Shown here piece after piece: positions 34,224 to 45,773 of a stretch of DNA of 64,000 nucleotides (its first letter is position 1; each line of letters begins with the position of its first letter). The notes under the pieces are model-generated. The model was not told where the DNA came from. It searched no databases and saw nothing but the letters and a program-made list of their open reading frames with translations. The stretch is from contig CAWBOD010000006.1 of assembly GCA_963790345.1 (NCBI GenBank), positions 23,573 through 87,572 on the forward strand, read 5' to 3'. The position numbers and the translations under genes are program-made. The stretch is from an uncultured Acidimicrobiia bacterium. Its GTDB lineage: Bacteria; Actinomycetota; Acidimicrobiia; Spongiisociales; ZC4RG35.

Positions 34224-34967
34224 CCGAGATCACCACCCGTGGGAACCCGTTCCGGGTCGACGTCGCTGTCGACGATGGGAATTTGGTCGGTTTCGTAACG
34301 ACCCGACCTCTCGTCCCTGATGATCCGTCCGTCCTCGAGTTGCACGACCCGGCGCTGCATGGCGTCGACGATGGCATGGTCGTGAGTTGCCATCACGATG
34401 GTGGCGCCGGACCGATTGATCCGGTCGAGCAAGCGCATGATCCCCACGGAAGTACCGGGATCGAGGTTCCCGGTTGGCTCATCGGCCAGAAGGATCGGGC
34501 GGGCGATTGACGAACGCTCTTGCAATCGAGACCCGCTGCTGCTCCCCACCGGAAAGCTGCCGAGGGTATCGATCGATCTTGTCGCTGAGGCCAACCAGTT
34601 CGAGTACCTGGTCGACCTGAGGGGCAATGACGGTCCTGGGCCGCCCCAACACCTCGAGGGCGAAGGCCACGTTCTCTCCGACCGTCTTGTTGGGCAGGAG
34701 TTTGAAGTCCTGGAATACCGTACCCACCGACCTCCGCAGGAAAGGAACCTTCCAGGCAGGGAGCTGCGTGATGTCCTTCCCGGCCACCCAGATGGTCCCT
34801 CTCGTCACTGTTTCCTGACGTAGCAACAATCGGACCAACGTCGACTTCCCGGATCCGGAAGGTCCGACGAGAAAGACAAACTCCCCCTTCTGGATATCCA
34901 AAGAGATGTCGCGGACGGCGACGGTGCCGCCCTCGTAGACCTTGGTTACTTCACGAAGTCTGATCAT
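34220..34967 (-). CDS. ftsE: Cell division ATP-binding protein FtsE (frame disrupted)
   Basis: Walker [13 protein letters not shown] and [14 protein letters not shown] in 34479-34967. Walker B/H-loop [12 protein letters not shown]...ATHD in 34220-34627. Confidence 0.8.
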
Positions 34968-35065
34968 TTAAACCCGGACATGTCCTGACGGTCATGGGTC
35001 TCAGAGAGAGGACCCGGAACTGAGCAAGGGTACCCCAGCACGTCAGGCAAACTGAACCTATCGAG

Positions 35066-35202
<137 letters not shown>

Positions 35203-35212
<10 letters not shown>

Positions 35213-36327
35213 TCGTACCTTCCCCTTCGCCAACGGAGATAGCCGTCAACGAAAGGATCGAGGTCGCCATCGAGTACTCCCTGAATGTTCCCGACCTCGA
35301 CATCGGTGCGGAGATCCTTCACCATTTGATAGGGCTGCATCACATAACTCCGAATTTGGCGACCCCAGGCGGCTTCACCTTGCTCGCCCCTGATCTCATC
35401 GATGTCGGCCAGACGCTGCACACGGGCCAGTTCATGCAGTCGAGCTTTCAGGATCGCCATGGCCCGAGCCTTGTTCTGGAGTTGACTGCGCTCGTTTTGA
35501 ACTGCAACGACGAGACCGCTGGGAAGGTGGGTTATGCGGACCGCGGAATCGGTCTTGTTGACGTGCTGGCCGCCGGCCCCCTGCGATCGGTACGTGTCGA
35601 TACGGAGATCATCGGGACTGATCTCGAGGGCCTCGGCGTCCGACAGTTCGGGAACGACATCGACCCCGGCGAATGATGTCTGCCGCCTGGCATTCGAATC
35701 GAACGGGCTGATGCGGACCAGGCGATGAACGCCCCGCTCCCCTTCCAGGATGCCGTACGCGTGGTCCCCCCGGACCGTCATCGTGACGGACTTGACACCG
35801 GCCTCGTCGCCCTCGGTGATGTCCTCGATGGTGACGTTGAAGTCGGCGTCGGACAAATACCGCTGGTACATCCGCGCCAACATTTCCGCCCAATCCTGGG
35901 CGTCGACCCCGCCGGCCCCGGCGTGCACCGCCAGGATCGCTGGGTGATCGTCGTACTCGTCGAAGAAGAGCGACTCCCGCTCCAGCCCGGCGAGGTCCTT
36001 TTCGATTCCCGCGAGTTCGGCGTCCACCTCGGCCCTGGTAGCCCCGTCGTCAGCCTCGTCGGCTAGATCGAGGAGGACCTCGGCATCGTCGAGATGGGTT
36101 GTGAGCCGAGCGACTCTGGACAAGGGTGTTCTCGATCTGAGCGAGCCGCTGGGTCACGGCCCGACCCTCATTGGGATCGGTCCACAAGTCAGCGGCCGAA
36201 GCCCGCTCCTTCAGCTCGACGAGCTCAGTGGCCTTGCCTTCGAGGTCAAAGAAACCTCCTGGCTTCGGACAGGCGCGTCCTCAAATCAGCGATGGCAGAG
36301 CGGGGATCGATCGACTGGGTTGTCATG
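35203..36327 (-). CDS. prfB: Peptide chain release factor 2 (programmed +1 frameshift; an additional unprogrammed frame break about 100 nt downstream)
   Basis: Frame-0 MTTQSIDPRSAIADLRTRLSEARRFL* ends at the CTT TGA C shift site preceded by AGGAGG. Downstream RF2 body carries GGQHVNKTDSAVRITHLPSG. Confidence 0.85.
36245..36260 (-). promoter_or_regulatory. RF2 programmed +1 ribosomal frameshift site (internal SD AGGAGG + CUU UGA C)
   Basis: Read directly on the minus strand: gcc agg agg ttt ctt tga cct. Confidence 0.8.
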
Positions 36328-36362
36328 GCGAAGGAAATCGTACCTTTCGTCCGGCGTCGAAC

Positions 36363-38966
36363 TCACGCGCCGTGACACCGCTTGTACTTCTTGCCGCTCC
36401 CACAAGGACACGGATCGTTTCGACCAACATCGTTTTTGGATACGGCCTGGGGCGATCGACCGGCCGGCCCGGGAACTTCTGGCCGCCGAACCGGCGGAGC
36501 CGCTTCTGGGGCCTGGACGTGGAAGAGGTGCTTGATCGAGTCTCTCTTCACAGCGTCGACGAGGTCGCTGAAGAGGATGAACCCCTCGCGCTGATACTCG
36601 ACGAGCGGGTCGCGTTGGCCCATTGCGCGGAGACCGATGCCTGAACGGAGATAGTCCATCTCGGAAAGGTGCTCCCGCCACTTGTTGTCGATCACGAACA
36701 ACGCGATCTGGCGTTCGTACTGCCTCAGAACCTCGGGAGTGAGCTCGCGCTCGCGCTCGGCATATGCGGCTCGCGCCTGCTCCATCGCAACCTCGACGAC
36801 TTCCTCAACGTTGAGACGATCAAAGTCTTCCCGGTTGAGATTGGCCTTGTAGAACTGTCCGAGCTCCTTGTTGAGCAGCTCCCAGTCCCACTCAGAGGGT
36901 GACACCTCCTCTGTCAAAACCGATTCGACCGTGTCGCCGATGACCTTGTCGATCCACTCGCCGATGAGATCGTCGCCGGTCGCATCGAGCAGGTTCTCCC
37001 GCCATTCGTAGATGACCTCGCGCTGGCGATTCATCACCTCGTCGTATTTCAGAACGTTCTTTCGGATCTCGAAGTTCTGCGCTTCAACGGTGCGTTGGGC
37101 CCGTTCGATGGCCTTGGTAACCATGCCGGCCTCGATCGGGACATCATCGGGGATGCGCATCCGATCCATCAGCCCCGAGACTCGCTCGCCCTGGAAGCGC
37201 CTCATCAGGTCATCACCCAGAGACAGGTAGAACCGCGATTCCCCCTCGTCTCCTTGTCGTCCGGAACGCCCCCGAAGCTGATTGTCGATTCGACGTGACT
37301 CGTGCCTCTCGGTGCCCACCACATAGAGCCCGCCTGCCGCCTTCACCCGCTCCTTGTCCGGGACGATTTCCTCACCGTATTTTCCGGTCAGTTCGACCAG
37401 TCTCGCCTCGTAGTCGGGCGCATCGCTCGAGAAGCCCTGCCGCTTCAGCTCGACTTTGGCCATGCCCTCGGGATTGCCGCCGAGCATGATGTCGACGCCG
37501 CGGCCGGCCATGTTGGTCGCCACTGTCACCGCCCCCGGGCGACCGGCCTGAGCGATGATCTCCGCCTCCCGGGCGTGGAGTTTGGCATTGAGCACTTCGT
37601 GTCGAATGCCACGTTTGGTCAGGAGACGGGCGAGGCGTTCGGATTTCTCGATTGAGACGGTTCCGAGCAGGACGGGTTGGCCGGCTTCGTGCCTCTGGAC
37701 GACATCTTCCACCACCGCGTCAAACTTGGCATCCTCGGTCTTGTAGATGAGATCCGGCTGATCGGCCCGGTTGACCGGCTGGTTGGTGGGGATCACCAGG
37801 ACCTCCACGCCGTAGATCTGGGCAAGCTCGGCGGCTTCGGTCTCGGCCGTGCCGGTCATACCTGCCAGCTTTTCGTAGAGACGGAAGTAGTTCTGGAGGG
37901 TGATCGTGGCGAGGGTTTGATTCTCCTCCTTGATCTTGACGCCTTCTTTGGCCTCGATGGCCTGGTGAAGGCCTTCGGAGTAGCGGCGGCCCTCCAGGAC
38001 CCGTCCGGTGAACTCGTCGACGATCTTCACTTCTCCGGCATCCACCAAATACTCGATGTCCTTCTTGTAGAGCTCTTTGGCCCTGAGGGCTGACTCGAGA
38101 TGATGAACGAAGTCCACCGCCGCGTGGTCGTAGAGGTTCTCGATGCCGAGGATCTCCTCGACCCGGCTCACGCCCTCTTCGGTGGTGATCACCTGCCTCT
38201 TGGCTTCGTCGACTTCATAGTGCTCATCCCTTCGCAACCGATCAACGATGCGAGCGAAGTCCTTGTACCAACGCGTGGAATCTCCCAGTCGACCGCTGAT
38301 GATGAGAGGGGTCCGGGCCTCGTCGATGAGGATCGAGTCAACCTCGTCCACGATCGCATAGGCGTGGCCGCGTTGGACCCGGTCGGCAGCTCGCATTGCC
38401 ATGTTGTCACGGAGGTAATCGAAGCCGAACTCGTTGTTGGTCCCATAGGTGATGTCCGCGGCATAGGCCGGCTGGCGCTCGGCCGGCGTCATCGCGGTCT
38501 GAATCAGACCAACTTTGAGCCCAAGGCTTCGATGGACGGCACCCATCCAATCGGCGTCACGGGAAGCGAGGTAGTCGTTGACGGTGACGATGTGGACCCC
38601 TTTGCCGTTGAGGGCGTTGAGGTAGGCCGGCATGGTCGACACCAGGGTCTTGCCTTCCCCCGTCTTCATCTCCGCCACCATGCCGCGGTGAAGTGTCAAG
38701 GCTCCGATCACCTGAACATCGAAATGGCGTTGACCGAGAACGCGCTTGGCCGCTTCCCGCACGGTCGCAAAGGCTTCGACAGTCAGATCATCGAGTTGCT
38801 CACCGTTTTCGAGGCGCTGGCGGAAGTCCACCGTCCGTGCGGCCAACTCGGCATCGGAAAGACCGGTGACGTCGGCTTCGGCCGCATTTACGAGGGCAAC
38901 GATCTGATCGAATTCCTTGAGGGTGCGGCCTTCGCCAGCTTTGAGAATCTTGGAAAAAATCGACAT
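36363..38966 (-). CDS. secA: Preprotein translocase ATPase SecA
   Basis: 867 aa with DEAD motor domains and C-terminal zinc-binding [14 protein letters not shown]. Confidence 0.95.
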   Translation of the reverse strand: MSIFSKILKAGEGRTLKEFDQIVALVNAAEADVTGLSDAELAARTVDFRQRLENGEQLDDLTVEAFATVREAAKRVLGQRHFDVQVIGALTLHRGMVAEMKTGEGKTLVSTMPAYLNALNGKGVHIVTVNDYLASRDADWMGAVHRSLGLKVGLIQTAMTPAERQPAYAADITYGTNNEFGFDYLRDNMAMRAADRVQRGHAYAIVDEVDSILIDEARTPLIISGRLGDSTRWYKDFARIVDRLRRDEHYEVDEAKRQVITTEEGVSRVEEILGIENLYDHAAVDFVHHLESALRAKELYKKDIEYLVDAGEVKIVDEFTGRVLEGRRYSEGLHQAIEAKEGVKIKEENQTLATITLQNYFRLYEKLAGMTGTAETEAAELAQIYGVEVLVIPTNQPVNRADQPDLIYKTEDAKFDAVVEDVVQRHEAGQPVLLGTVSIEKSERLARLLTKRGIRHEVLNAKLHAREAEIIAQAGRPGAVTVATNMAGRGVDIMLGGNPEGMAKVELKRQGFSSDAPDYEARLVELTGKYGEEIVPDKERVKAAGGLYVVGTERHESRRIDNQLRGRSGRQGDEGESRFYLSLGDDLMRRFQGERVSGLMDRMRIPDDVPIEAGMVTKAIERAQRTVEAQNFEIRKNVLKYDEVMNRQREVIYEWRENLLDATGDDLIGEWIDKVIGDTVESVLTEEVSPSEWDWELLNKELGQFYKANLNREDFDRLNVEEVVEVAMEQARAAYAERERELTPEVLRQYERQIALFVIDNKWREHLSEMDYLRSGIGLRAMGQRDPLVEYQREGFILFSDLVDAVKRDSIKHLFHVQAPEAAPPVRRPEVPGPAGRSPQAVSKNDVGRNDPCPCGSGKKYKRCHGA

Positions 38967-39076
38967 GGGGAGAGGGGTAATGGTATCGGACGGTCCGGGG
39001 TATTAGATAGCCAGGAATGCGTTAGATCGAAACGATCCCGACTCCACGTACCACGCACCGACCGAGGTGCGGCGCC

Positions 39077-39734
39077 TCAGCGCCTGGTCACCAACCCCGC
39101 CTGCTCCGCATATCTGACAGCGTCGTGGCGTGACCGCATCCCGAGCTTGTCGAGGATGTTGCGAACGTGGTTCTTGACCGTGTTTTCGGAGATGAAGAGT
39201 TGCTCCCCGATCTCACGGCGAGGTCCGGCCCTCGGCAATCCATTGGAGGATCTCCACCTCACGACCGGTTAGGGAAGGCCGGCGGGTGGCGCTCAGGTCC
39301 CGGTTCTTCAACAGATGGGCCACGATTTCGAAAAGCTTGTTCCCCATCGCGGGTGACACCACCGCGCCACCGTCCACCACATCCCTCATGGCGGACACGA
39401 GTTTCGGGAACGAGGTGTCCTTGACTATGTAGCCAAGTGCTCCCGCCTTGATGGCTGCCAGGAGGTCCTCCTCCGACTCGCTCGAGGTCAGAAGGACGAC
39501 CTTGGTCTCGGGCGAGGCGTCAATGATCTTGTCCACGACCTCGAGACCCGATATTCCCGGCATCAGGACGTCCAGCACGACCAGCCTGGGCTTGTGCCGG
39601 CGAGCTTCGACGATTGCCGCCATGGCATCTGAGGCAGTGGCCACCACCTCAAAGCCTTGCTCCTTGAGCGCGGCGGACAGACCCGCCTGGAAGAGGGGGG
39701 CGTCGTCTACTACGAGGACTGTTGGGTTCTTCAC
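39077..39734 (-). CDS. Two-component response regulator, NarL/LuxR family (frame change before the HTH)
   Basis: REC domain [15 protein letters not shown]...[11 protein letters not shown]. Lux[29 protein letters not shown] in frame 39077-39262. Confidence 0.8.
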
Positions 39735-40267
39735 ACCGGTTCAATCAAGCCGAGACGGCCGTCGCGGCGGCGATAGAGGACACACTGGCGACCGTTGGCC
39801 GCATTGAGGAAAAAGTAAAAATCATGGCCGAGCATCTCCATTTGAAGCGAAGCTTCTTCAACGGTCATCGGCTTCATCACGAACTGCTTGATACGAACTA
39901 TCTCTTCGGAGGGATCGGGTTGCTCCTCGATCTCGGTCTCCTTGGGCTGGGGACGGCGGCCCCGACCCACCAAACGCTCCTTTAAACGGCGCAGTTGCTG
40001 GTTAAAACGGTCTTCGGCGATGTCCACGGCCGATTCCGGCGTGCCGGCGGCCGCCACCACCCGGACCACGTGACCGGCGGCGGAGGTCGTCAATTCCAGG
40101 CGAAACCTCTCGGCGGCGATCCGGGGGTTGTGCTCTTCGGTCACTTCAACGTCGATTTCGCCTACCTGATGCTCAAAAACCCTGGCAGCGTGGGCCAATT
40201 TCTCTGAAACGAGGCTCCTAAACGCCTCGTCGAGGGTCGTATTCCTCGTATGGACCCGTACTTCCAT
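39731..40267 (-). CDS. hpf: Ribosome hibernation-promoting factor (long HPF)
   Basis: MEVRVHTRNTTLDEAFRSLVSEKLAHAARVFE... plus C-terminal dimerisation domain. Confidence 0.85.
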   Translation of the reverse strand: MEVRVHTRNTTLDEAFRSLVSEKLAHAARVFEHQVGEIDVEVTEEHNPRIAAERFRLELTTSAAGHVVRVVAAAGTPESAVDIAEDRFNQQLRRLKERLVGRGRRPQPKETEIEEQPDPSEEIVRIKQFVMKPMTVEEASLQMEMLGHDFYFFLNAANGRQCVLYRRRDGRLGLIEPV

Positions 40268-40379
40268 CGATCCCTCCTAGCTGATACTCGGGCTAGCTGA
40301 TGTTCGGCACGCTTCGACTGAAGTCGAAAGCAGGCCGGTCGATCTCAGGCCACTCCATGACCCCCGCCAAAAAGACTAG

Positions 40380-41028
40380 TCACTGACCCGGGACGCTTTC
40401 TAGCCCCGGATTTCGCGACCCGGAACACGCCCTCCGGCGTTGAGACTCCCATCCACCGACGTCGCCGAGACGACCAGGGCGGGGGTGAACCCGAGGGTGT
40501 CCCAGGCGCTGAGGACCGTTCCTCCCGTCGTCACCACATCGTCCACCAAGACCACAGGTCCGACCGGAACGGTCCATGGCCCTAAATATCGGCGGTTTCC
40601 GATGGTCTCTTGATGCCTTGGCCTGGCTCGCACCAAACAGGGGTGGGACCAACAAGTCTTGCCTGCGGCCGCCGGTCAGTTGCGCCAGGCGCGTCGCCAG
40701 GACCACGGCCGGGTCGATTCCGTGCTTGAGTTTCCGCCATCCGACCCTCGGTACCGGGATCAATGATGGATGACGGTGGGATCAGGTCGGCCATCGCCTC
40801 TGCCAGCAGGTGGCCGGCTTCCGGGACACCTCGATACTTCAGATTGTGGACGAGCGATCGGGCCGCTCCCCGATGTAGATAGGCGGATCTGACCCTGAGC
40901 CCCCCTTCGAGGGATCGATCGGGAGCCGGACGGAGTTCTTCGCGGCAGTCCCTACAGAGCCGACCGCCCGTGCTCCGACGACAGGCAAGACAAATCATGC
41001 CCCAGAAAGTACGGCGGGTCCGTGACAC
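40380..41028 (-). CDS. ComF-family phosphoribosyltransferase (frame disrupted)
   Basis: N-terminal Cys-rich CLACRR...CRDC. LKYRG motif. PRTase motif VVLVDDVVTTGGT in another frame. Confidence 0.65.
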
Positions 41029-41052
41029 GAACGGGTCGCGTCCCCGTTCCTT

Positions 41053-41132
41053 GGGTAGTGCGTAGTGCGTGTGCGTTCGGCGAAAGAGCTAGATGACCGG
41101 TTTGACGCACCACCCACTACGCACAACGCACA
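41053..41132. terminator. GC-rich inverted repeat with GTGCGT/ACGCAC motif (likely terminator of ahcY)
   Basis: gtgcgtagtgcgtgtgcgt ... actacgcacaacgcac arms. A similar structure lies at 55206-55271. Confidence 0.4.
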
Positions 41133-41139
41133 TCCTTCT

Positions 41140-42387
41140 TCAGGTTCCCTCTCGCCACCCCGACAGGTAGGCCCTCTGTTCGTCCGTCAGTTCCTCCAAA
41201 CCGGCGCCCAGCGAGGCCAGTTTGATCCGCGCCACTTCCATGTCGATGTCCTCGGGAAGGGTGTAGATCCCGGGTGCCAGAGTGCCGGCCCGAACAGCGA
41301 GCCATTCGGCCGCCATCGCCTGGTTGGAGAAAGACATGTCCATCACATCGGCCGGATGACCTTCGGCGGCGCCCAGGTTGACGAGTCGGCCTTCGGCGAC
41401 AACCAGAATCCGCCTCCCATCGGCAAGCTCATACTCCTCGAGGCTGCGCCGAATGGGTCGTCGATCCCGCGACATCTCACCGAGGACTTCGAGGTCGAGT
41501 TCGACGTCGAAGTGGCCGGCGTTGGCAAGGATGGCCCCGTCTTTCATCACATCGAAATGGCGCTTGCGCAACACATGCTTGTTTCCTGTGACGGTCACGA
41601 ATACGTCGGCCGCCCGGGCGGCATCATCGGCCGTCATGACCTGGTGGCCGTCCATTGCCGCAGTGAGGGCCCTGATCGGGTTGACCTCCACCACTACCAC
41701 CTTGGCCCCAAAACCCGACGCTCGCAGTGCGACTCCCCGACCACAGTCGCCATATCCGATCACTGCCACCACCGATCCGGCCATGAGCATGTTGGTGGCC
41801 CTGATGATTCCGTCCAGGGCCGACTGACCGGTCCCGTAGTGATTGTCGAAAAGGTGCTTGGTGGCTGAGTCGTTGACCGCCACAACGGGCAGCCGCAGGG
41901 TGCCGTCCGCGGCCATGGCCCGGAGTCTGATGACCCCGGTCGTCGTCTCCTCGGTGGAACCAATGGGATTCAGATCCGTTCGCTCGGTATGCAGGAGAGT
42001 GGCAAGGTCGGCGCCGTCGTCCATTGTGATATCCGGCGCCATGTCGAGGACCGCATGGATGTGCCGGTAGTAGCTGTCCTGATCCTCGCCGCGGATGGCG
42101 AAAACGGGGATTCCGTCGGCCACGAGGGCGGCCGCCACATCGTCCTGGGTCGAAAGTGGATTCGACGCGCAGAGGGCCACGGTTGCCCCGCCGTCCCGCA
42201 ACGCCAGCATCAAGTTGGCGGTTTCGGCCGTGACATGCAGGCACGCAGCCACCGTGAGCCCCTTCAACGGCTCCTCTTTGAGAAAGCGCTCGCGGATCGT
42301 CTTCAGCACGGTCATCCGGCGCCCGGCCCACTCGATTCGGCGGGCGCCCTCGGTGGCGAGGTCGGGGTTGGCGATGTCGTAGTTCAA
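41140..42387 (-). CDS. ahcY: Adenosylhomocysteinase
   Basis: 415 aa with NAD-binding VAVIGYGDCGRGVA and full SahH signatures. Confidence 0.9.
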   Translation of the reverse strand: MNYDIANPDLATEGARRIEWAGRRMTVLKTIRERFLKEEPLKGLTVAACLHVTAETANLMLALRDGGATVALCASNPLSTQDDVAAALVADGIPVFAIRGEDQDSYYRHIHAVLDMAPDITMDDGADLATLLHTERTDLNPIGSTEETTTGVIRLRAMAADGTLRLPVVAVNDSATKHLFDNHYGTGQSALDGIIRATNMLMAGSVVAVIGYGDCGRGVALRASGFGAKVVVVEVNPIRALTAAMDGHQVMTADDAARAADVFVTVTGNKHVLRKRHFDVMKDGAILANAGHFDVELDLEVLGEMSRDRRPIRRSLEEYELADGRRILVVAEGRLVNLGAAEGHPADVMDMSFSNQAMAAEWLAVRAGTLAPGIYTLPEDIDMEVARIKLASLGAGLEELTDEQRAYLSGWREGT

Positions 42388-43412
42388 GATGCGTCCTTCG
42401 AGTTCATGGCCGGGGCCCCTTCATCGATCAGTTTCCGTTTCAGATTCTCGATGGCATCGACCGGAACCGGGTCGACCCCTGCCAGCCTCGCCAGTTCCAA
42501 CGACACCAGGTCTCCCATCGCGGCCAGGCTCACCATTCGCTCCAGGGGAGACTCCCCCTGAGACCACACTTCGCCGACCCACACCACGTCGCCGCCTGTT
42601 ATCGCGGCGGTATGCCGGAAACGGGCCGTCACTCCCGGCGGCTCGGCTCCATCCCGCAGGGTGACGATCCCGACATGATTACGAGTCAAGTCGGCCAGGG
42701 CCGTCCATGACACGATCTCGTTGTGGTCGAGTTCGGGCAGTACCGAGTGCCACGCGGGCCATTTGGCGTTCTCGTTGATTTGGGTCTTCCAGCGCTGCGC
42801 CACCGGAGCGGTGATGCCTCCACTTCCGTACACCACCACGATCCGGTCGCTGAGACCCTGAGCGAGGTCGGCTGCCAGCACCCAACCGGATCCCCCCTCT
42901 CCCGAGATCGAATCGGCGATGTCCGCTGAGGCGAGCAAATCGTGACGGCTGATCGATGTCGCTCCTGCTCCGTTCAGCAAGTGCAGGAGGCCACCGAGCA
43001 GATACCCCAGGGCTGCTCGGGGCTGCAGACCACCCGGAACTGTCACCGTTGGCCATCCGTATTCGGCCGCCCATCCAGCCAGCGTTCCTCCCCCGGTAAC
43101 CACGGCCGGGATCATTCCCTGGGCAGCCGCCGCCTCGGCGGCCGACAGCGTCTCCTCGGTATTTCCCGAATATGACATCGCCACGACCAATGGAGCTGCC
43201 GACTTCACCCAGGCGGGAAGCCCATAGTTCTTGTTGACCGCAACCGGGACGGTGGCCAGTGCCGCCGCAAAATCCCCGGAGATCCCCGATCCTCCCATCC
43301 CTGCCACCAGAACCTGCTTGGCCGGCTTGACCTCCACCCGGTCGAGGTCTGCGGCCCAGCGCAACTGTTCTCCGAATCCGCCGATCATGGTCTTCATCTG
43401 CTGATAGGACAT
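42384..43412 (-). CDS. Bifunctional phosphoglucose/phosphomannose isomerase (SIS domain)
   Basis: MSYQQMKTMIGGFGEQL...VLVAGMGGSGISGDF...VAMSYSGNTEETL. Lies next to manB. Confidence 0.8.
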   Translation of the reverse strand: MSYQQMKTMIGGFGEQLRWAADLDRVEVKPAKQVLVAGMGGSGISGDFAAALATVPVAVNKNYGLPAWVKSAAPLVVAMSYSGNTEETLSAAEAAAAQGMIPAVVTGGGTLAGWAAEYGWPTVTVPGGLQPRAALGYLLGGLLHLLNGAGATSISRHDLLASADIADSISGEGGSGWVLAADLAQGLSDRIVVVYGSGGITAPVAQRWKTQINENAKWPAWHSVLPELDHNEIVSWTALADLTRNHVGIVTLRDGAEPPGVTARFRHTAAITGGDVVWVGEVWSQGESPLERMVSLAAMGDLVSLELARLAGVDPVPVDAIENLKRKLIDEGAPAMNSKDAS

Positions 43413-43414
43413 GG

Positions 43415-43633
43415 TCAGCCGGGCGGATCTTGGTCGGGAAGGCCGGCAGGCCGGGAGTCGCCCAGGGGAGGCTCGGCATCCTCCGGCCGCATCCTCGGAA
43501 TGCCATCCTCGACCGGGAACCTCCGACCACACGAACTGCAGACCAGGCGAGATGCTGCTTCGTCTTCGAGCAGATCGTTACGGTCGAACGGACACGCCAT
43601 TATCTCTAGAAGGCTGGGATCGATAAGTGCCAT
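43415..43633 (-). CDS. Trm112-family small zinc-ribbon protein
   Basis: MALIDPSLLEIMACPFDRNDLLEDEAASRLVCSSCGRRFPVEDGIPRM. Confidence 0.6.
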   Translation of the reverse strand: MALIDPSLLEIMACPFDRNDLLEDEAASRLVCSSCGRRFPVEDGIPRMRPEDAEPPLGDSRPAGLPDQDPPG

Positions 43634-43637
43634 CGCC

Positions 43638-44966
43638 TCAGCTTCCTAAAGCTTCCTCAGCCGATGCCACGAGCTCCCCGACGGCGGCTTCGCTGGGGCC
43701 CTCGACGTTCAGGCGCAGCAGGGGTTCGGTGTTGGAGGGCCGCAAATTGAACCAGCGGTCTGGCCATGACACCGTCAGACCGTCGAGATGGTCCAGATCG
43801 GCGTCCGCGAACTTCTTGGCCACCCTATCCATAGCGGCCTTTTGATCGGCGACGTGGAGGTTGATCTCACCTGAGGCGAAGTATGGCTCTACGTCCTTCC
43901 TGATCTTCGACAGAGGACGTCCGTCCTCGGAGATCACTTGCAGAAGGACGAGCATTGCCAGCATGCCTGAATCCGCCCGGAAGTTGTCGGCGAAGTAATA
44001 GTGACCCGAGTGTTCGCCCCCGAACACCGCCCCGGTTTCGGCCATGACCTGCTTGATGAATGAGTGGCCGACCCTGGTGCGAATGGGGACCCCACCAAGC
44101 TTGCGGATGGTTTCGGGGACGGCCCGTGAGGTGATCAGGTTGTGAACGATCGTTGCACCCGGTCGCCGAGCCAGGAACCACCTGGCGATGAGAGCTGTGG
44201 TCGTGCTTCCTGACAGGGGCTTGCCCTGATCGTCGATGAAGGCGGCCCGGTCGGCATCCCCGTCGAATGCAACGCCAAGGTCGGCACTCCGCTCACGAAC
44301 CAATGCGATCACATCGACCAGGTTCTCGGGCTGAAGGGGATCGGCCGGATGATTGGGAAAGGTCCCGTCGGGATCCAGATACAACCCGATGATGCTGGGC
44401 GGGATCCGATCGAACACGGCCTCCACCACAACGCCGGCCATGCCATTGCCACCATCGACGGCAACAACCAACTTCGACATCTTTTCTTCTTCGACGATCG
44501 CCAGCAGGTGGTTGACGTAACCCTCGCGGACATCGAGTGACGTGATCGTTCCTCCACCCGGACCGGGTTGGATGCCTTCGGTCACCATCCGTTCGATCTC
44601 CTTGAGCCCGGTGTCCTCGCCGACGGGGGCAGCACCCTCCCGGCATAGCTTGATCCCGTTGTACTCGGCCGGGTTGTGCGACGCGGTGATCATCACACCA
44701 GGGATCGAACGGCTGCCAGAGACGTAGTAAACGCAGTCAGTCGCCACCTCACCGATTTCGAGAACGGAAGCTCCCTGCCCTGTGATTCCTTCGATCAGTG
44801 CTCCGGCAATGTCGGGTGAAGAGGCTCGACAGTCGCGCCCGACCGCTATCTCGGGCGCTCCAGTCAGGATGGCAAAAGCTGCTCCCACGTCGCGAGCCAG
44901 CTCAGGCGTGAGTTCGCCTAGATCGGTCCGCCCCCGAATGTCGTACGCTTTGAAGACTCCGCTCAT
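43638..44966 (-). CDS. manB: Phosphomannomutase/phosphoglucomutase
   Basis: MSGVFKAYDIRGR...ITASHNPAEYNGIK...GGEHSGHYYF. Confidence 0.9.
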   Translation of the reverse strand: MSGVFKAYDIRGRTDLGELTPELARDVGAAFAILTGAPEIAVGRDCRASSPDIAGALIEGITGQGASVLEIGEVATDCVYYVSGSRSIPGVMITASHNPAEYNGIKLCREGAAPVGEDTGLKEIERMVTEGIQPGPGGGTITSLDVREGYVNHLLAIVEEEKMSKLVVAVDGGNGMAGVVVEAVFDRIPPSIIGLYLDPDGTFPNHPADPLQPENLVDVIALVRERSADLGVAFDGDADRAAFIDDQGKPLSGSTTTALIARWFLARRPGATIVHNLITSRAVPETIRKLGGVPIRTRVGHSFIKQVMAETGAVFGGEHSGHYYFADNFRADSGMLAMLVLLQVISEDGRPLSKIRKDVEPYFASGEINLHVADQKAAMDRVAKKFADADLDHLDGLTVSWPDRWFNLRPSNTEPLLRLNVEGPSEAAVGELVASAEEALGS

Positions 44967-45050
44967 TTGATGCGATTGTAAGGGTGGATGTGCTCAGAGA
45001 CCCTCGGCACCGCTGGTAGGGATCTGACCAATGCTTAACTTCCCGATCCG

Positions 45051-45773
45051 ATGACGAACTTACCGTCAATTTCGGTCGTCCTCCCCGCATACCAATTGGG
45101 ATCGGTGATCGCCGCCAACATCGAACGAGTCGCCTCGGTTCTTTCCACGATGTCGGTGGAACTGGTCGTAGTGGATGATGGAAGCACCGACCAGACGCTG
45201 TCCGAGGCCCTTCGGGCCACCCTCGACATGCCCGGAGCTTCGGTCCTCAGCCATCCGGTCAACCGCGGGAAAGGGCAGGCTTTGTTCACCGGCTCCAGAG
45301 CCGCCAAAGGCGACCTGATCGTCTTTCTCGACGCGGATCTCGACCTCCCCCCCGAGCAGCTGCCTGCACTGTTGGAGGGGATGGGAGATGCCGATGTGCT
45401 GGTCGGCGCCAAGCGCGACTCGATGTCGGCGGGCCGCTACCCCCTCATCAGGCGTCTGTTGAGCAGGCTGTTTTCGTTCGCGACCGTTGGCGTGTTCGGG
45501 CTGACGGTCACCGAAACCCAGACCGGTCTGAAGATCTTCCGGAGAGAGGTGCTCGACCTCGTTATTCCACAGATGCGGATCGACGGGTATGCCTACGACC
45601 TCGAGATGCTGGTTCGCGCCCAGCGAGCCGGGTTCAAGCTGGCCCAAACACCCGTCGAGTTGGGACCGGGCGCCTCGACGGCTTCGTTGCGGGGCGGCAT
45701 GCTCTGGCAAATGGCCCGCGACACGGCTCGACTGCAATGGTGGGTTTGGACCGGCCGGGTACCCAAGCCCTAG
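45051..45773 (+). CDS. Family 2 glycosyltransferase (polyprenol-phosphate mannose/glucose synthase-like)
   Basis: ISVVLPAYQ...VVVDDGSTDQT...FLDADLD GT2 motifs. Confidence 0.8.
   Translation: MTNLPSISVVLPAYQLGSVIAANIERVASVLSTMSVELVVVDDGSTDQTLSEALRATLDMPGASVLSHPVNRGKGQALFTGSRAAKGDLIVFLDADLDLPPEQLPALLEGMGDADVLVGAKRDSMSAGRYPLIRRLLSRLFSFATVGVFGLTVTETQTGLKIFRREVLDLVIPQMRIDGYAYDLEMLVRAQRAGFKLAQTPVELGPGASTASLRGGMLWQMARDTARLQWWVWTGRVPKP

Noticed and set aside
41624-42331. 235-aa minus ORF and several plus ORFs inside ahcY
   Set aside because: Alternative frames of the strongly supported adenosylhomocysteinase gene; Arg/Gly-rich junk.
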